Source of the DNA: Ylistrum balloti
Lineage: Eukaryota
Reading direction: 5' to 3'
Length of the DNA stretch: 64,000 bases
NCBI RefSeq assembly: GCF_031769215.1
Contig: NW_026781965.1
Coordinates: 2,914,001 to 2,978,000 of the forward strand
Notes under the pieces: generated by a model
What the model was told of the DNA's origin: nothing
What the model saw: only the letters and a program-made list of their open reading frames with translations
Database searches by the model: none
Position numbers and translations under genes: made by a program
Shown here: piece after piece, positions 35,755-48,185 of the stretch
Position numbering within the stretch: the first letter of the stretch is position 1
How the letters are laid out: each line of letters begins with the position of its first letter

Positions 35755-36598
35755 GGGCTTTGTGCCCATTTGATTTTGGGTCTGAAAAAAAATATGGCTT
35801 ACATCTTTTATTTTACCTTTGAAAGTTTGTAATTGTTATTTCTTGAAAAGTGCCTGATGGATTGTTCTCAAATTGCATATGTAAGCTCCCCTTGGACCCT
35901 AGTTATGCCAATTTGATTTTGGGTCTGATAAAAAAAAACAAAATGGCCAACAGGCAGCCATTTTGTTTTTTTTCTAATGAAGTTTGTTATTGCTATGTCT
36001 TGAAAAGTCAGTGATGGATCTTTCTCAAATTTCATATGTATGTTCCCATTGGTCTCTAGTTGTGCCCATGCAATTTTGGTACTGATCAGAAAAACAAAAT
36101 GCCCAAAAGGCAGCCATTTTGGATTTTGACTTTGATAGTTTGTTATTGCTAATTTCTTGAGAAGTACTGGATGGATCGTTCTTAAATTTCATATGTAGGT
36201 TCCCCTTGGTCCCTAGTTGTGCCCATTTGATTTGGGTCTGATAGAAAAAAACAAAATGGCTGTCATGTAGCCATCTTGGATTTTTATTTTGAAAGTTTGT
36301 TATCACTATTTCTTTAGAACTTCTCTGCAGATCTTTCTCAAAATTCTTGTATAGGTTCCTTTAGGTCCCTTGTTGTGCCTGTTTGAGTTTGGGACTGATC
36401 AGAAAAACAAAATGGCCAGCTGGCAGTCATCTTGAATTTTGCCTAATAAAGATTGTTATTGCTATTTCTTAAGAAGTGCTGAATGGATATCTCTCAAATT
36501 TCATACATATCTTCCCTTTGGTTTCTGCTTGTGCTCCTTTGATTTTGGGACTGATCAGAAGTAAGAAAGTTGCTTCCAGGCAGCCATTTTGGATTTGG
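35755..36598. repeat. Old diverged tandem array, 157-bp period, 5-6 copies (likely central array of a HINE-type element)
   Basis: gatgga anchor at 35856, 36013, 36170; each unit has the aaaatggc...gccatttt inverted motif. Confidence 0.8.
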
Positions 36599-36871
36599 CA
36601 GGTAAGTGACACAAAAATTCTTGTTTGTGGTTACATGCTACAGCTGACTGCTGATTACGTGTCCTAGATTATTGGATACTAGAGGACCTACCCCAGTAAT
36701 TAAAGTATTAGGAGAGTTTACAAATTAGAGTTGATTTGTTATCTCAAGACCTATATTTAATATCCAAATATTACACACAGCAGCCAGCAATTACAATGTA
36801 TTTGGGATATTATTTTCATGTGTCAAATTTGTGTGATCTGTCTTGGCCCTACTCTTCACCATTCTTGAGCA

Positions 36872-37230
36872 TTTTTAGGTCACCTGAGACAAAAGGGGTC
36901 AAATTTGACTTATATTTTAAAAATCTTCTCAAGCCCCAGATAGGATAGGATCAAATACTCTTCATGAATTGAAGCATCTTAAGGTGCTTTACAAAAATTG
37001 TGAATTTCATGGCCCCAGTGTCTGGCTTATCCCTGTGGGGAGAGGGTTTGTAATTTATATAAAACTAGATTTTGAGCATAATTTGTTTAATTTCCATTGG
37101 AAATATTTCAAACTTGGTTAGAATTGTGAGTGAAGGATGACAGCCTGATGGTATGCCAATTTTGATTCTGGCTGACCCCCAGGGGCTGATGGATGGGGCC
37201 AAAATGGGTCAAAGTGACTTAAATTTTAAA
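36872..37230 (+). mobile_element. Probable HINE-like dispersed repeat remnant
   Basis: Begins tttttaggtcacctgag, followed by aaaaatcttctc and catggcccc motifs that I recognise from bivalve Helentron-derived repeats; no 3' terminus found. Confidence 0.4.
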
Positions 37231-37649
37231 AATGTTTAACATGCACATATGGTAGAATCAAATGTTATACATAAATGGAAACACCTTAATGTGCTATATA
37301 TACCTGGAGGTGTTGATCTATTTCATCATACATCAGTTATATAGAATAAAACGACATGCAGAGAAGATCAGAAAATTTGATTATATGGTTGTCAAAATTT
37401 ATTATTATCATGTTATATCAATCTTGGTATTCTTTGGAAAAATCTTTATTCTGAATGGATTTTTTTGTTGATTTATAAAATGATTTACAGATGGAATCTT
37501 AAAGATGTTGATATTGAAATAGAGCAGCCTGTAGCTGCATCCATTGGTTTTCCTTTTTTCTTTTTCCGTCTCTGTTCTGATTTAAACTTTGATGCACATC
37601 ACTTCATAATTTGAAGTTGCATTCTGTTGTTTTTTGGATTGATGGTAAT

Positions 37650-39815
37650 GAATTTAGGACCATCTCATTGCTGATGGTTGAGGGAAAGATCTTTTTTGTC
37701 CTCGCTAAGCGAACGACATCCTACACGGTGGAGAACAGCTATGTTGACATTTCAGTCGAGAAGGGAGGTATTCCCGGGTTCTTGGGATGCATAGAGCATA
37801 CAAGTGCAATTAGTCAACTGGTCAGGGAAGCCAAGAATGGCAGAGGTAACCTGACGGTAGTCTGGTTGGATCTTGCCAACCTCTATGGGTCAGTCCCACA
37901 CAACTTGAATGAGGTAGCCTCAGAGCATTATCATGTCCCAAGACTGATAAGGAACATGATAATGGACAATTTCGGAGGGATGCAGATGAGATTCGTAGTT
38001 CTGATGCACCATATCACCATTTCTCATCATCATGGGAATGAACCTTACAATGAAGGCTGCAGAGAAGGAAACCAGAGGACCAAGAATGGAGTCTGACATC
38101 TACCAACCAGCCCATTGAGGGGTCACGGATGACCATACCATCACAACCACAATGAATGTACAAGCCAGATGGGTGCTGACTGTGCTGAAAGCGGTGGTCC
38201 AATGGGCAAGGATGCATTTTAAAACTTGGAAATCTTGTTGCATGATTGTGAGGTGGGAAAGAATCAGCTAACAGTTCACACTAAAGGTCCAGGGAGAGGG
38301 GATCCCTTCAAGCATTGCCAAACCCATCAAATGCCATGGGAATTGGTTTGATGACTTACTGGGTGATGGTCAGAACCAGAAGAACACCCAGGGCCAGGTG
38401 CACCTGTGGATGGATAGGATAAACAAGTCGGGATTTCCAGAAAAGTATAAGGCATGGATGTACCAGCATGGCATGCTACCGAAATTGTTGCTGTATGAGA
38501 TCTTAACGACTAGAATGGAGCCTTTAGAGAAGGTGAACAGGTACCTGAGAAAATGAGTAAGAGTCCTGCCAAGCTTCACAGATATAGGTCTGTAAGGACT
38601 ATCTACTAAACTACAACTGCCACTAATGAGAGTCGTCGAGGAGTTTAAAGTGTCAAAGTGCAGGCTGGTGATGACGCTCTGGGACTCCAAAGCTCAGTGA
38701 GGCAGGAATACAGACAAGAACGGCACAGAAGTGGTATGCATCAACTGCTGTAGAGGAAGCGGAAAGTGTGCTTGAGCTGGAGGACATAATTGGGAACACA
38801 TGTGTCGGAAGGTCAGGTGTTGGCTGTTCACACTTCCATCAGTGGGAAAGGGCAAACACTCAGGGGCAATGACAGGTGGTTCAGAAGGTGGTACGGAGAG
38901 TAGTAGAGGAGACAAGGAAGCATGAATCTGATGAAAGCAGGGTGAACGAACCAAATGGAACCTACCAGAGAGAAAGCTTACATGGACGGAATTGTGGAGG
39001 ACGGAACCCTTTAGGATCTCATTTATGCTGAGATCAGTATATGACACTCTTCCATCACCCGTCAATCTGTACCAGTGGGTAATGACAGAGGACCCGAACT
39101 GCAGACTATGCAACCAGAAATGGTCAATGTCCTACATACCGTCTGGATGCAAGCAAGAACTTCAGCAAAGAAGATACCGATGGAGGCATGACAATTTACT
39201 AAGAGTATTGGCTGATATCCTGGAGATGGAAAGACGGAAGAAGATGACAAATCGGCTAGCAGCACAATCTGCTATTCGGTTTGTCAGGTAGGGTGAAAGA
39301 GAGAAAAGAAGGACGAGAAACAATTTTATCTTCGACAGGGCTTAGTCATAGGAGATGAAGGCGGACTTGGACAGGAAGATTGTCTTCTCGGATGTCGTGG
39401 AGACAACGCTGAGGCCTGAAATCATGATGTCATCGTAGCAGTCCAAACTCCTCATTGCAATTGAGCTAACAGTACCATGGGAAGAACTTTTCAAGGAGAC
39501 CCATGATAGGAAGAAATCCGAATATGACGAGCTGATGGCGAAGTGCAGAGAGAGGGGATGGACTGTATGGCTATTTCCAGTGGAGGTGGGCTACAGAGTG
39601 TTCCCGGCCCAATCCTCATGGAGGATGCTGCAGACACTAGGGATCACAGGAAGAACCCGTAGCGCAGCCATCAGGCATTTTACAGAAACTGCAGAGAAGG
39701 CATCGTGCTGGCTATGGCACCGACGAGATGAGCTGATGTGGAAGCGAACATAGACGAGCAGTGGCTTTGCCACCACTGCTGACCCACCAACCGGAGGATA
39801 TTGTGATTAAGCGTT
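37650..39815 (+). mobile_element. 5'-truncated, decayed HERO-clade non-LTR retrotransposon (RT + zinc knuckle + restriction-like endonuclease), copy A
   Basis: EFRTISLLMVEGKIFF; SVEKGGIPGFLGCIEHT; VVWLDLANLYGSVPH; CTISPFLIIMGMN; WRTEPFRISFMLRSVYDTLPSP..CRLC..RYRWRHD; LRPEI..IELTVPWE..K; LFPVEVGYRVFPAQS; AEKASCWLW; many frameshifts and stops. Confidence 0.92.
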
Positions 39816-39824
39816 GGTTAAGTG

Positions 39825-40700
39825 TATCTCAGGGCTTCACTACTATTGGCTTGTTCAACTCTGGAACACGGCTCCGATTTCCACTGAAGTCAGTGACGGA
39901 GATAACAAAGGTGCGACAGATCATCATGCTGAGGAATAGTGTAGACAACAAGGTTAGAAGAACAACTGTAAAGACAAGAACAAACAGGAAGGAAATAAAA
40001 TGTCAAGTGGACACTTCATACAGTAGAAGCCAGACTCCAACTTGGGCAACATAGGAACTAAGGCATCATGTCGTCTTGGTCTGGTAACTATTCCAAAAGC
40101 ACGATGGGACAGTGCTAACCAACGGGAACGCAGTGACATGACTCGGACAGATATTAGAGTGATGGATGCTTTACAGGTATATGTCGGCAATGTAGCTAGA
40201 TCCATTCGGAGGGTGTGATATAGCGCTAAGTACCGCGGAAAGCAACTGGAAGATGGAAGGGTACGGGCTTAGTGTCAACGAGGAGGTACCAGCAGTTTGT
40301 GTATGATGTCAACATCGGGGATGGATAAGTTGAATCCTGTCTGAGGAGTCGACTACATGGAGTTCCTAGATCATTTTGGCTAGCCCTACGACTGGCATAG
40401 GATCAGACCTCAAGAAATTGTTGGGGGCAGAGAGTAGACAGGAAATGTTGCTTCCTGCTGGATATGGAGGATGAGGGAAGACAGGTGGAGCGTGCTAGAT
40501 CTAAGGTGATGGGAGACAAGTGGGCGTTACGTCCATAGTGATGAAGCAGGATAAATTAAGAGGTTGTGAATCATTTAGCACACCAGGATGCGATAAACAA
40601 TACTCAGCGGCGAGAGCGGACCAGTTCCTGGTTGGGCCTCATCAACCCAGCTGATAATATTTTAGGTACAGACTCTATCATTATTATATCAGTCACTCAT
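39825..40700 (+). mobile_element. Second, more deleted HERO-like fragment, copy B (post-RT linker to C-terminus)
   Basis: QGFTTIGLFNSGTRLRFPLKSVTEITKVRQIIMLRNSVDNKVRRTTVKTRTNRK; EARLQ; WDSANQRERSDM; ASCWIWRMREDRW..* (40450-40509), which parallels the ASCWLWHRRDELMW end of copy A. Confidence 0.75.
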
Positions 40701-41384
40701 CTTAATCTTTACTGAAAAACGTAACCAAAAGTATCAGTTCTCGTGACGCTTAATGGTGAGCGACGTGATTTTTCATTTTTTAGATAGTAACATTCCTACT
40801 CTCTCAACTTATAGCCTAATCATATCTTGTTTGGTTATATTCGAAAGGCCTCTGTCCTAATATTACAATGTGATATATGTCGATAGCTGACAGAAACAAC
40901 ACAGGTCTCTAGACATGCCGCGTAATAAAGGGTTGGGTTTTTTTGTCACTATCTTGGTCTAAGTGGAAATATTTCGCCGTGCATTATTAATTTAATGTAA
41001 ATAGATCTGGTGGTTTCGATGTCACTATACGCATATCTTGATGACGTTCATTGGTCTAGATATATATGACTTCAGTTGAAAAAGTGACGCCTAACACATT
41101 GTGTTATCGCATATAACCAAAGACTTCGATATTCTCATCAATGTCGATGATATAGTTTTATCAATTGGACTGAGATTTTGACCAGTTTTTGGTCTCGTCT
41201 GCCGAAACGTTTCACAAATCTTGACAGAATATTGGTACACTTGGCACTTACAAATACAGGTCCAATAAAGTACAACTATAATCTCTTTTCGGAACGATGT
41301 TGTTCTATACAAAAATCCTGAAGCCCATGCTGGAAGTAAGACAAGATAAAAGTTTGGCCAAATTTGATAGCAAGAAATCCTAGC

Positions 41385-42700
41385 GCTAATCCAATGTGGA
41401 CCTACAATGGCTGTTGTTAGCGCTAATCCGATGTGGACCTACAATGGCTGTTGTTAGCACTAATCCGATGTGGACTTTACCATGGCAACAGTTAGCGCTA
41501 ATCCAATGTGGACTTTACAATGACTACTGTTAGCGCTAATCCGATGGGGACCTTACAATGACTACTGTTAGCGTTAATCCAATGGGGGCCTCACAATGAC
41601 TACTGTTAGTGCTAATCCGATGTGGACCTTACAATGACTACTGTTAGTGCTAATCCGATGTGGACCTTACAATGACTACTGTTAGTGCTAATCCAATGAG
41701 GACCTACAATGGCTGTTGTTAGCGCTAATCCGATGTGGACCTACAATGGCTGTTGTTAGCACTAATCCGATGTGGACTTTACCATGGCAACAGTTAGCGC
41801 TAATCCAATGTGGACTTTACAATGACTACTGTTAGTGCTAATCCGATGGGGACCTTACAATGACTACTGTTAGCGTTAATCCAATGGGGGCCTCACAATG
41901 ACTACTGTTAGTGCTAATCCGATGTGGACCTTACAATGACTACTGTTAGTGCTAATCCGATGTGGACCTTACAATGACTACTGTTAGTGCTATCCAATGT
42001 GGACCTACAATGACTACAGTTAGCGTTTATCCGATGTGGAACTTACAATGACTACTGTTAGTGCTAATCCAATGTGGACCTTACAATGACTACTGTAAGT
42101 GCTAATCCGATGTGGACTTTACAATAGCAACAGTTAGCGCTAATCCGATGTGGACTTTACAATGACAACAGTTAGCGCTAATCCGATGTGGACCTTACAA
42201 TGACTACTGTTAGCGCTAATCCGATGTGGACCTTACAATGACAACAGTTAGCGCTAATCCGATGTGGACTTTACAATGACAACAGTTAGTGCTAATCCAA
42301 TGTGGACCTTACAATGACTACTGTAAGTGCTAATCCGATGTGGACTTTACAATAGCAACAGTTAGCGCTAATCCGATGTGGACCTTACAATGACTGCTGT
42401 TAGCGCTAATCCGATGTGGACCTTACAATGACTACTGTTAGCGCTAATCCGATGTGGACTTTACAAAGGCAACAGTTAGCGCTCATCCAATGTGGACTTT
42501 ACAATGATTACTGTTAGCGCTAATCCGATGTGGACTTTACAATGACTTCTGTTAGCGCTAATCCGATGTGGACCTTACAGTGACAACAGTTAGCGCTATT
42601 CCAATGTGGACCTTACAATGACAACAGTTAGCGCTTATCCGATGTGGACCTTACAATGTCTACCGTCATCGCTACTCCAATATTGGCCTTACAGTGACAA
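41385..42700. repeat. Minisatellite, 37-38-bp unit with palindromic core ttagcgctaa
   Basis: gttagcgctaatccgatgtggaccttacaatgactact; period 42181 to 42219. Confidence 0.97.
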
Positions 42701-43379
42701 CTGTAAACCTCAGCTTTTTTTGTTTTTTTTTCACAGATTAAGAGGACGAAACATAGCCAAAAAGAAGACCATTTGACTTATTTGTTAACTGTGTAATTGA
42801 CACAGAATCAGTGAAGACGTCACTAATTAATTAAACATTTTTGCTACCATATTTGTATCAGTGTTGTGGCCAAATTCTGTCCAAGTGTAGATGTTTAGCC
42901 TGTTCCTACGGTCAAGGAGGATTTCTGCTGCAGTGATATAGAAGCATGTCTTGATCCACTGATTACCATCTGTTTTTTACACGTTGTATCTTCAATTAAT
43001 GATATTGATCTTTTTTATCTAGACTCTTAGTTTTGTCACTGTGCTGATTGTGTTAACGTTTCATTGTTTTGGAACCCTTTGTGGTAACTATTTGTATGCT
43101 GTGTTATATATAAACGTCACTGCTCCCCTGAAGCAGAGAGACTTATTAAACACCGCCATAGAGAGGAAATGTTTACATATGAATGTGAATATGTTTAAAT
43201 ATAGGACTACGGATCTAGGTAAATCTATATCGATTGCTCGCGGGATACGAACCATACAACAGGTCATTAATATATATATACCTACAGGTAGATCTGTTTC
43301 TCTTAGCACCGATATCCAGTGTTCCGTGCCTTACTCAAGGGACAAACATTAACGCAGCATTCGAGACGCATAATACAAG

Positions 43380-43524
43380 ATGGCCACACAACCACAACCA
43401 CCACCTCCTAACCAAGGATCAAAACCTGGCGCTTATCCTGCGCAGCAACAGGCTGTACCTCCGCCAGCGGGATACACGGCACCACCACCGGCGTACCAAA
43501 CTGCGTACCCAACAGCCACCACAG
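43380..43524 (+). CDS. LITAF: Candidate distal first coding exon of LITAF-family gene (MATQPQPPPPNQGSKPGAYPAQQQAVPPPAGYTAPPPAYQTAYPTATT)
   Basis: ATG 43380 in aagATGG context; Pro/Tyr/Gln-rich with PPAY motif; donor ACAG|gtaaag in phase 1, compatible with exon 53081; not in ORF track (<60 aa). Confidence 0.7.
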
Positions 43525-44066
43525 GTAAAGCGTAACCCTTAACACTCTCATATCATTATACCATGACTATTGTCATCCAATGGCGGACAAAAGCTTGACC
43601 TAGTTATAGTTCAGGGTATACATCAACTGAAGGATAAGTATTGGTCATTGTATATCGTCTAGTCTTAACGGCAAACTGAGTGCTAAAGATTAATTTCTGG
43701 GGGTTGATAATGCAAGTTTTAGCCCATAGTAATCCTAAATTTGATGTCCTAATTTTTCATTGCGATTGTCAGACTGTGAAGTACAGAGTTAAATTAAAAC
43801 TCGACTGTGACTGATTCATTTATGAAGAAGATATATCTGAGTCATGTCCTACAAAATACCACCTTTCGTTTGAAGATACCCTTCAACTTGTGTGTCTTTG
43901 TTATAATGACAATACTGTATTTCCCTTTTTGTACCACCATCTTTCGTTTACAACTCTAGGAGTCTTTCCTATAAAAATGGGAAATATATAGACCATGTTA
44001 AGGAGGAAAATTCCTGTGCTAACAACAAACACAAGTTTTACGAGGGCATGTAAGCTATCAGATAAC

Positions 44067-44381
44067 TATGGAATCGTATTCCGGCCACGCTGTGTTTTAT
44101 TTAACTCGAAATTTCGAGTTAGTAATCTGAAATTTTGAGTAAGTAATCCGAAATTTTGAGATATTAACCCGAAATTTCGAGATAACAACTCGAAATTTCG
44201 ACTTTTCGGGTTTAACTTACTAACTCAAAATTTCGATTTACTAACTCGAAATTTCTAGTTGCTATCTCGAAATTTCGAGTTGCTATCTCGAAATTTCGAG
44301 TTGCTATATAAAAATTTCGAGTTGCTATCTCGAAATTTCGAGATAGAAGAAAACACAACGTGGCCGGAATACGCTTCCGTA
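44067..44381. mobile_element. MITE with 32-bp TIRs and 6-bp TSD, IS3EU-type termini
   Basis: 5' tatggaatcgtattccggccacgctgtgtttt, 3' aaaacacaacgtggccggaatacgcttccgta (3 mismatches); gataac directly flanks both ends; internal repeats of palindromic ctcgaaatttcgag. Confidence 0.88.
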
Positions 44382-45803
44382 GATAACACTGATGTCTGTG
44401 TAGTTAACGTGATTATATAGTCAAGTTTAATATCAAAAAGTTTTTAGCTGACCCGTTAGCGTAGATGTGATCGGTCAGTAATGAAATATTTTTAATTTTT
44501 TCTCTGATTGTCCAAATTATGAACAGCACAGATGTATTTCCTTAATCTTGAAAATGTAGCTTAGTTTTTTAATTTAGAGGTACTTCTTTCTAGAAATGAA
44601 AATTTGCACGTAGACACTAATGAAATGATATTTAGAAATGTGAACAATTTCATAAAGTCTGACGATAGATTTTAGATTACGATTGGTCTAATTGCTTTGT
44701 TTTCTTAGTTCGGAGATCAACGTAAATTTTCAGCATGTATATAATTAAAGATTCATTACATGTTTGCTTTTTAAATGCTGTAACTGTAATTTGTTTTAGG
44801 AAAGGTAATAATTGATGTTGTAATAACTTGTATCCCCATCCTGATATTGACAAGTATGGTAATAAAATATGTTTGAAGAGAAAAACATACAACACCCGTC
44901 ATTGCAGTTTATATATATATATATATTTCAGGTGTTACGCAAATGTCTTCTACCTGTATTTAGTTAGCAGTGGCAGTATGCCATCTTTTCCACCACAATA
45001 GGCGGGTGTTATTCCAATCTCAAGGCACTTACAAATCTGTGTAGATAAATTTAGTAAAAACACATCTACTAATAGATGTTTATGTTCAGTACTTATCAAT
45101 AGCAGGTGTTTTTTACAATGAAAACAGCTATAATCATAGCATAAAATAACGACAAGAAACTAACACAATGATATGAAAAATATAAAAATACTAAACATCA
45201 CAATTACTTATAACCAATAATATCGGATAAATTTTCTTATGGTAAAACTGAAAGATGTCAATAGAATTCCATAAATATATGTGTCATACTTATATATTTA
45301 CACAGATCTATTAGAACTGTAGATATACAGCTAAGGTCAATATAATTTTTCTCACATTCAAGCGGATTGATTGGCTGATACCGTGACCTTTGACCTAATG
45401 TCGCTTTGTGCATTCGCGGAAAATAAAAAAAAAAGAAAAAGCTTAGTACTTGACGATTGTTTTACACATGTATGGATTTTACTCCATTTATTGCTATGAA
45501 GATGGAAAAAGTCGTTAATTCCTTTATATGAAACTATCAATTAGCAGCATTTTACTACAAGTTATATCAGTACGCCTTAACTAATATATTTACACTTGGG
45601 TATATTCTATAAGAAAAAAACAATACTTAGGTTGTTTGGGAACATGGTCTTACTTACTTGTTGTTTACTCAGTTTGGAATTAACAACTTTAAGGTTGTTT
45701 GAGGACGAGATATTTCTTATTTGTTGTTTACTCTGTATGGAATAAAGAACTCCAAGGTTGTTTGAGAACGTGACATTTATTATTTGAAGTGACCAAGATC
45801 TTC

Positions 45804-45846
45804 ATGGTGGATGTCGTCAGTGAAGCAGAATACCCTTACAGGACAC
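45804..45846 (-). repeat. Degenerate copy of dispersed repeat also at 58.3, 62.5 and 63.2 kb
   Basis: gtggatgtcgtcagtgaagcagaatacccttacaggacac resembles the reverse complement of 58324-58370. Confidence 0.5.
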
Positions 45847-46364
45847 ACGATATAATTTTCATTATAATGTTTCAGCGATCGCCATGGAAATGTTACTTTT
45901 GTTCCTTGTATGTGTTCATTTCATCGAGCATAAATTAGGGTTCTTTTAATGTGTAAGCTCTTATTGTTTCCATCCTTATATTATTAGATTATTTGATGTA
46001 AACTCGAGGTACATTCCAAGCATTAAATACCCTCTCCTAACGTAAGCTCCGGTCATTGACTTTTTCTCCTTACTGAAAGAAAGGCCAAATTGTCATAAAA
46101 TAAATTTTGCGTTTCCGATTTAATAAATATTTAGATTGTGCAATAATTTAATATCTATTTGTATATGTATATGCAATAAGTTATATATGTAGTAAAATAG
46201 TTCAAATGTTTCTTTAACAGGAAGTAAAACTGATTCCAATGGTGCTTAACCAATGAAATATATACATGTACATGTACTGTAGCAGTTTTACTTGACCCTG
46301 TAAGGTCTTCGTTAGGGTATTCTGATGTCCTCCGCCAGTGCTGGTTAAAATTCTGTTGAGGTGC

Positions 46365-48185
46365 GATAATGCTGACATTGTCGATAGTCCTTCTTTCGTT
46401 CTCGTGATGTTGACATTGTCGATAGTCCTTGTTTAGTGCTGGTAATACTGACGTTGTCGATAGTCCTTGTTTAGTGTTGGTAATATTGACATTGTCGATA
46501 GTCCTTGTTTAGTGCTGTTAACTCTGACATTGTCGATAGTCCTTGTTTAGTGATGGTAATACTGACACTGTCGATAGTCCTTGTTTAGTGTTGGTAATAC
46601 TGACATTGTCGATAGTCCTTGTTTAATGTTGGTAATACTGACATTGTCGATAGTCCTTGTTTAGTGCTGTTAACTCTGACATTGTCGATAGTCCTTGTTT
46701 AGTGATGGTAATACTGACACTGTCGATAGTCCTTGTTTAGTGTTGGTAATACTGACATTGTCGATAGTCCTTGTTTAATGTTGGTAATACTGACATTGTC
46801 GATAGTCCTTGTTTAATGTTGGTAATACTGACGTTGTCGATAGTCCTTGGTTAGTGCCGGTAATACTGACATTGTCGATAGTCCTTGTTTAGTGTTGGTA
46901 ATACTGACATTGTCGATAGTCCTTGTTTAGTGCCGCTAATACTGACGTTCTCGATAGTCCTTGTTTAGTGTTGGTTATCTTGACATTGTCGATAGTCCTT
47001 GTTTAGTGCCGCTAATACTGACATTTTCGATAGTCCTTGTTTAGTGTTGGTAATACTGACATTGCCGATAGTCCTTGGTTAGTGCCGGTAATACTGACAT
47101 TGTCGATAGTCCTTGTTTAGTGTTGGTAATACTGACATTGTCGATGGTCCTTGTTTAGTGCTGGTAATTCTGAAATTTTCGATAGTCCTTGTTTAGTGTT
47201 GGTTATCTTGACATTGTCGATAGTCCTTGTTTAGTGCCGCTAATACTGACATTGTCGATAGTCCTTGTCTAGTGTTGGTAACACTGACCTAGTCTATGTT
47301 CCTTGTCTAGTGCTAGTAATACTGACATTGTCGATAGTCCTTGTTTAGTGCTGGTAATACTGACCTAGTCTATGTTCCTTGTCTAGTGCTGGTAATACTG
47401 ACCTAGTCTATGTTCCTTGTTTAGTGCTGGTAATACTGACCTAGTCTATGTTCCTTGTCTAGTGCTGATAATACTGACCTAGTCTATGTTCCTTGTCTAG
47501 TGCTGGTAATACTGACCTAGTCTATGTTCCTTGTTTAGTGCCGGTAATACTGATAATATCGATGGTCCTTGCCTAGTGCCGGTAATACTGACCTAGTCTA
47601 TGTTCCTTGCCTAGTGCTGGTAATACTGACCTAGTCTATGTTCCTTATCTAGTGCTAGTAATACTGACGTTGTCGATGGTCCTTGTTTAGTGCCGGTAAT
47701 ACTGATATTGTCGATGGTCCTTGCCTAACGCTGAGATTGCTGACAATGTCAATGGTCCTTGCCTAACGCTGAGATTGCTGACAATGTCGATGGTCCTTGC
47801 CTAACGCTGAGATTACTGACAATGTCGATGGTCCTTGCCTAACGCTGAGATTGCTGACAATGTCGATGGTCCTTGCCTAACGCTGAGATTGCTGACAATG
47901 TCGATGGTCCTTGCCTAACGCTGAGATTGCTGACAATGTCGATGGTCCTTGCCTAACGCTGAGATTGTTGACAATGTCGATGGTCCTTGCCTAACGCTGA
48001 GATTGCTGACAATGTCGATGGTCCTTGCCTAATGCTGAGATTGTTGACAATGTCGATGGTCCTTGCCTAACGCTGAGATTGCTGACAATGTCGATGGTCC
48101 TTGTCTAGTGCTGGTAATACTGATATTGTCGTTGGACCTTGCCTAATGCTGAGATTGTTGACAATGTCGATGGTACATGTTTAGT
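46365..48185. repeat. Minisatellite, 38-bp unit in three ordered variant blocks
   Basis: tgacattgtcgatagtccttgtttagtgttggtaatac, then gacctagtctatgttcc block (~47285-47660), then gacaatgtcgatggtccttgcctaacgctgagattgct block. Confidence 0.97.

Noticed and set aside
24084-39773. Same gtggctttgcc hairpin at the 3' end of the HINE (24085) and in the HERO 3' UTR (39761)
   Set aside because: Only an 11-bp match between unrelated element classes; most likely coincidence.
44932-44955. Possible LITAF micro-exon GVTQMSST after (ta)n-tttcag
   Set aside because: In phase, but the donor ACCT|gtattt is poor and read-through hits TAG.
7715-48185. Regular 30-45-bp repeats as possible CRISPR arrays
   Set aside because: Units are directly adjacent with no unique spacers, no cas genes, and the context is eukaryotic.
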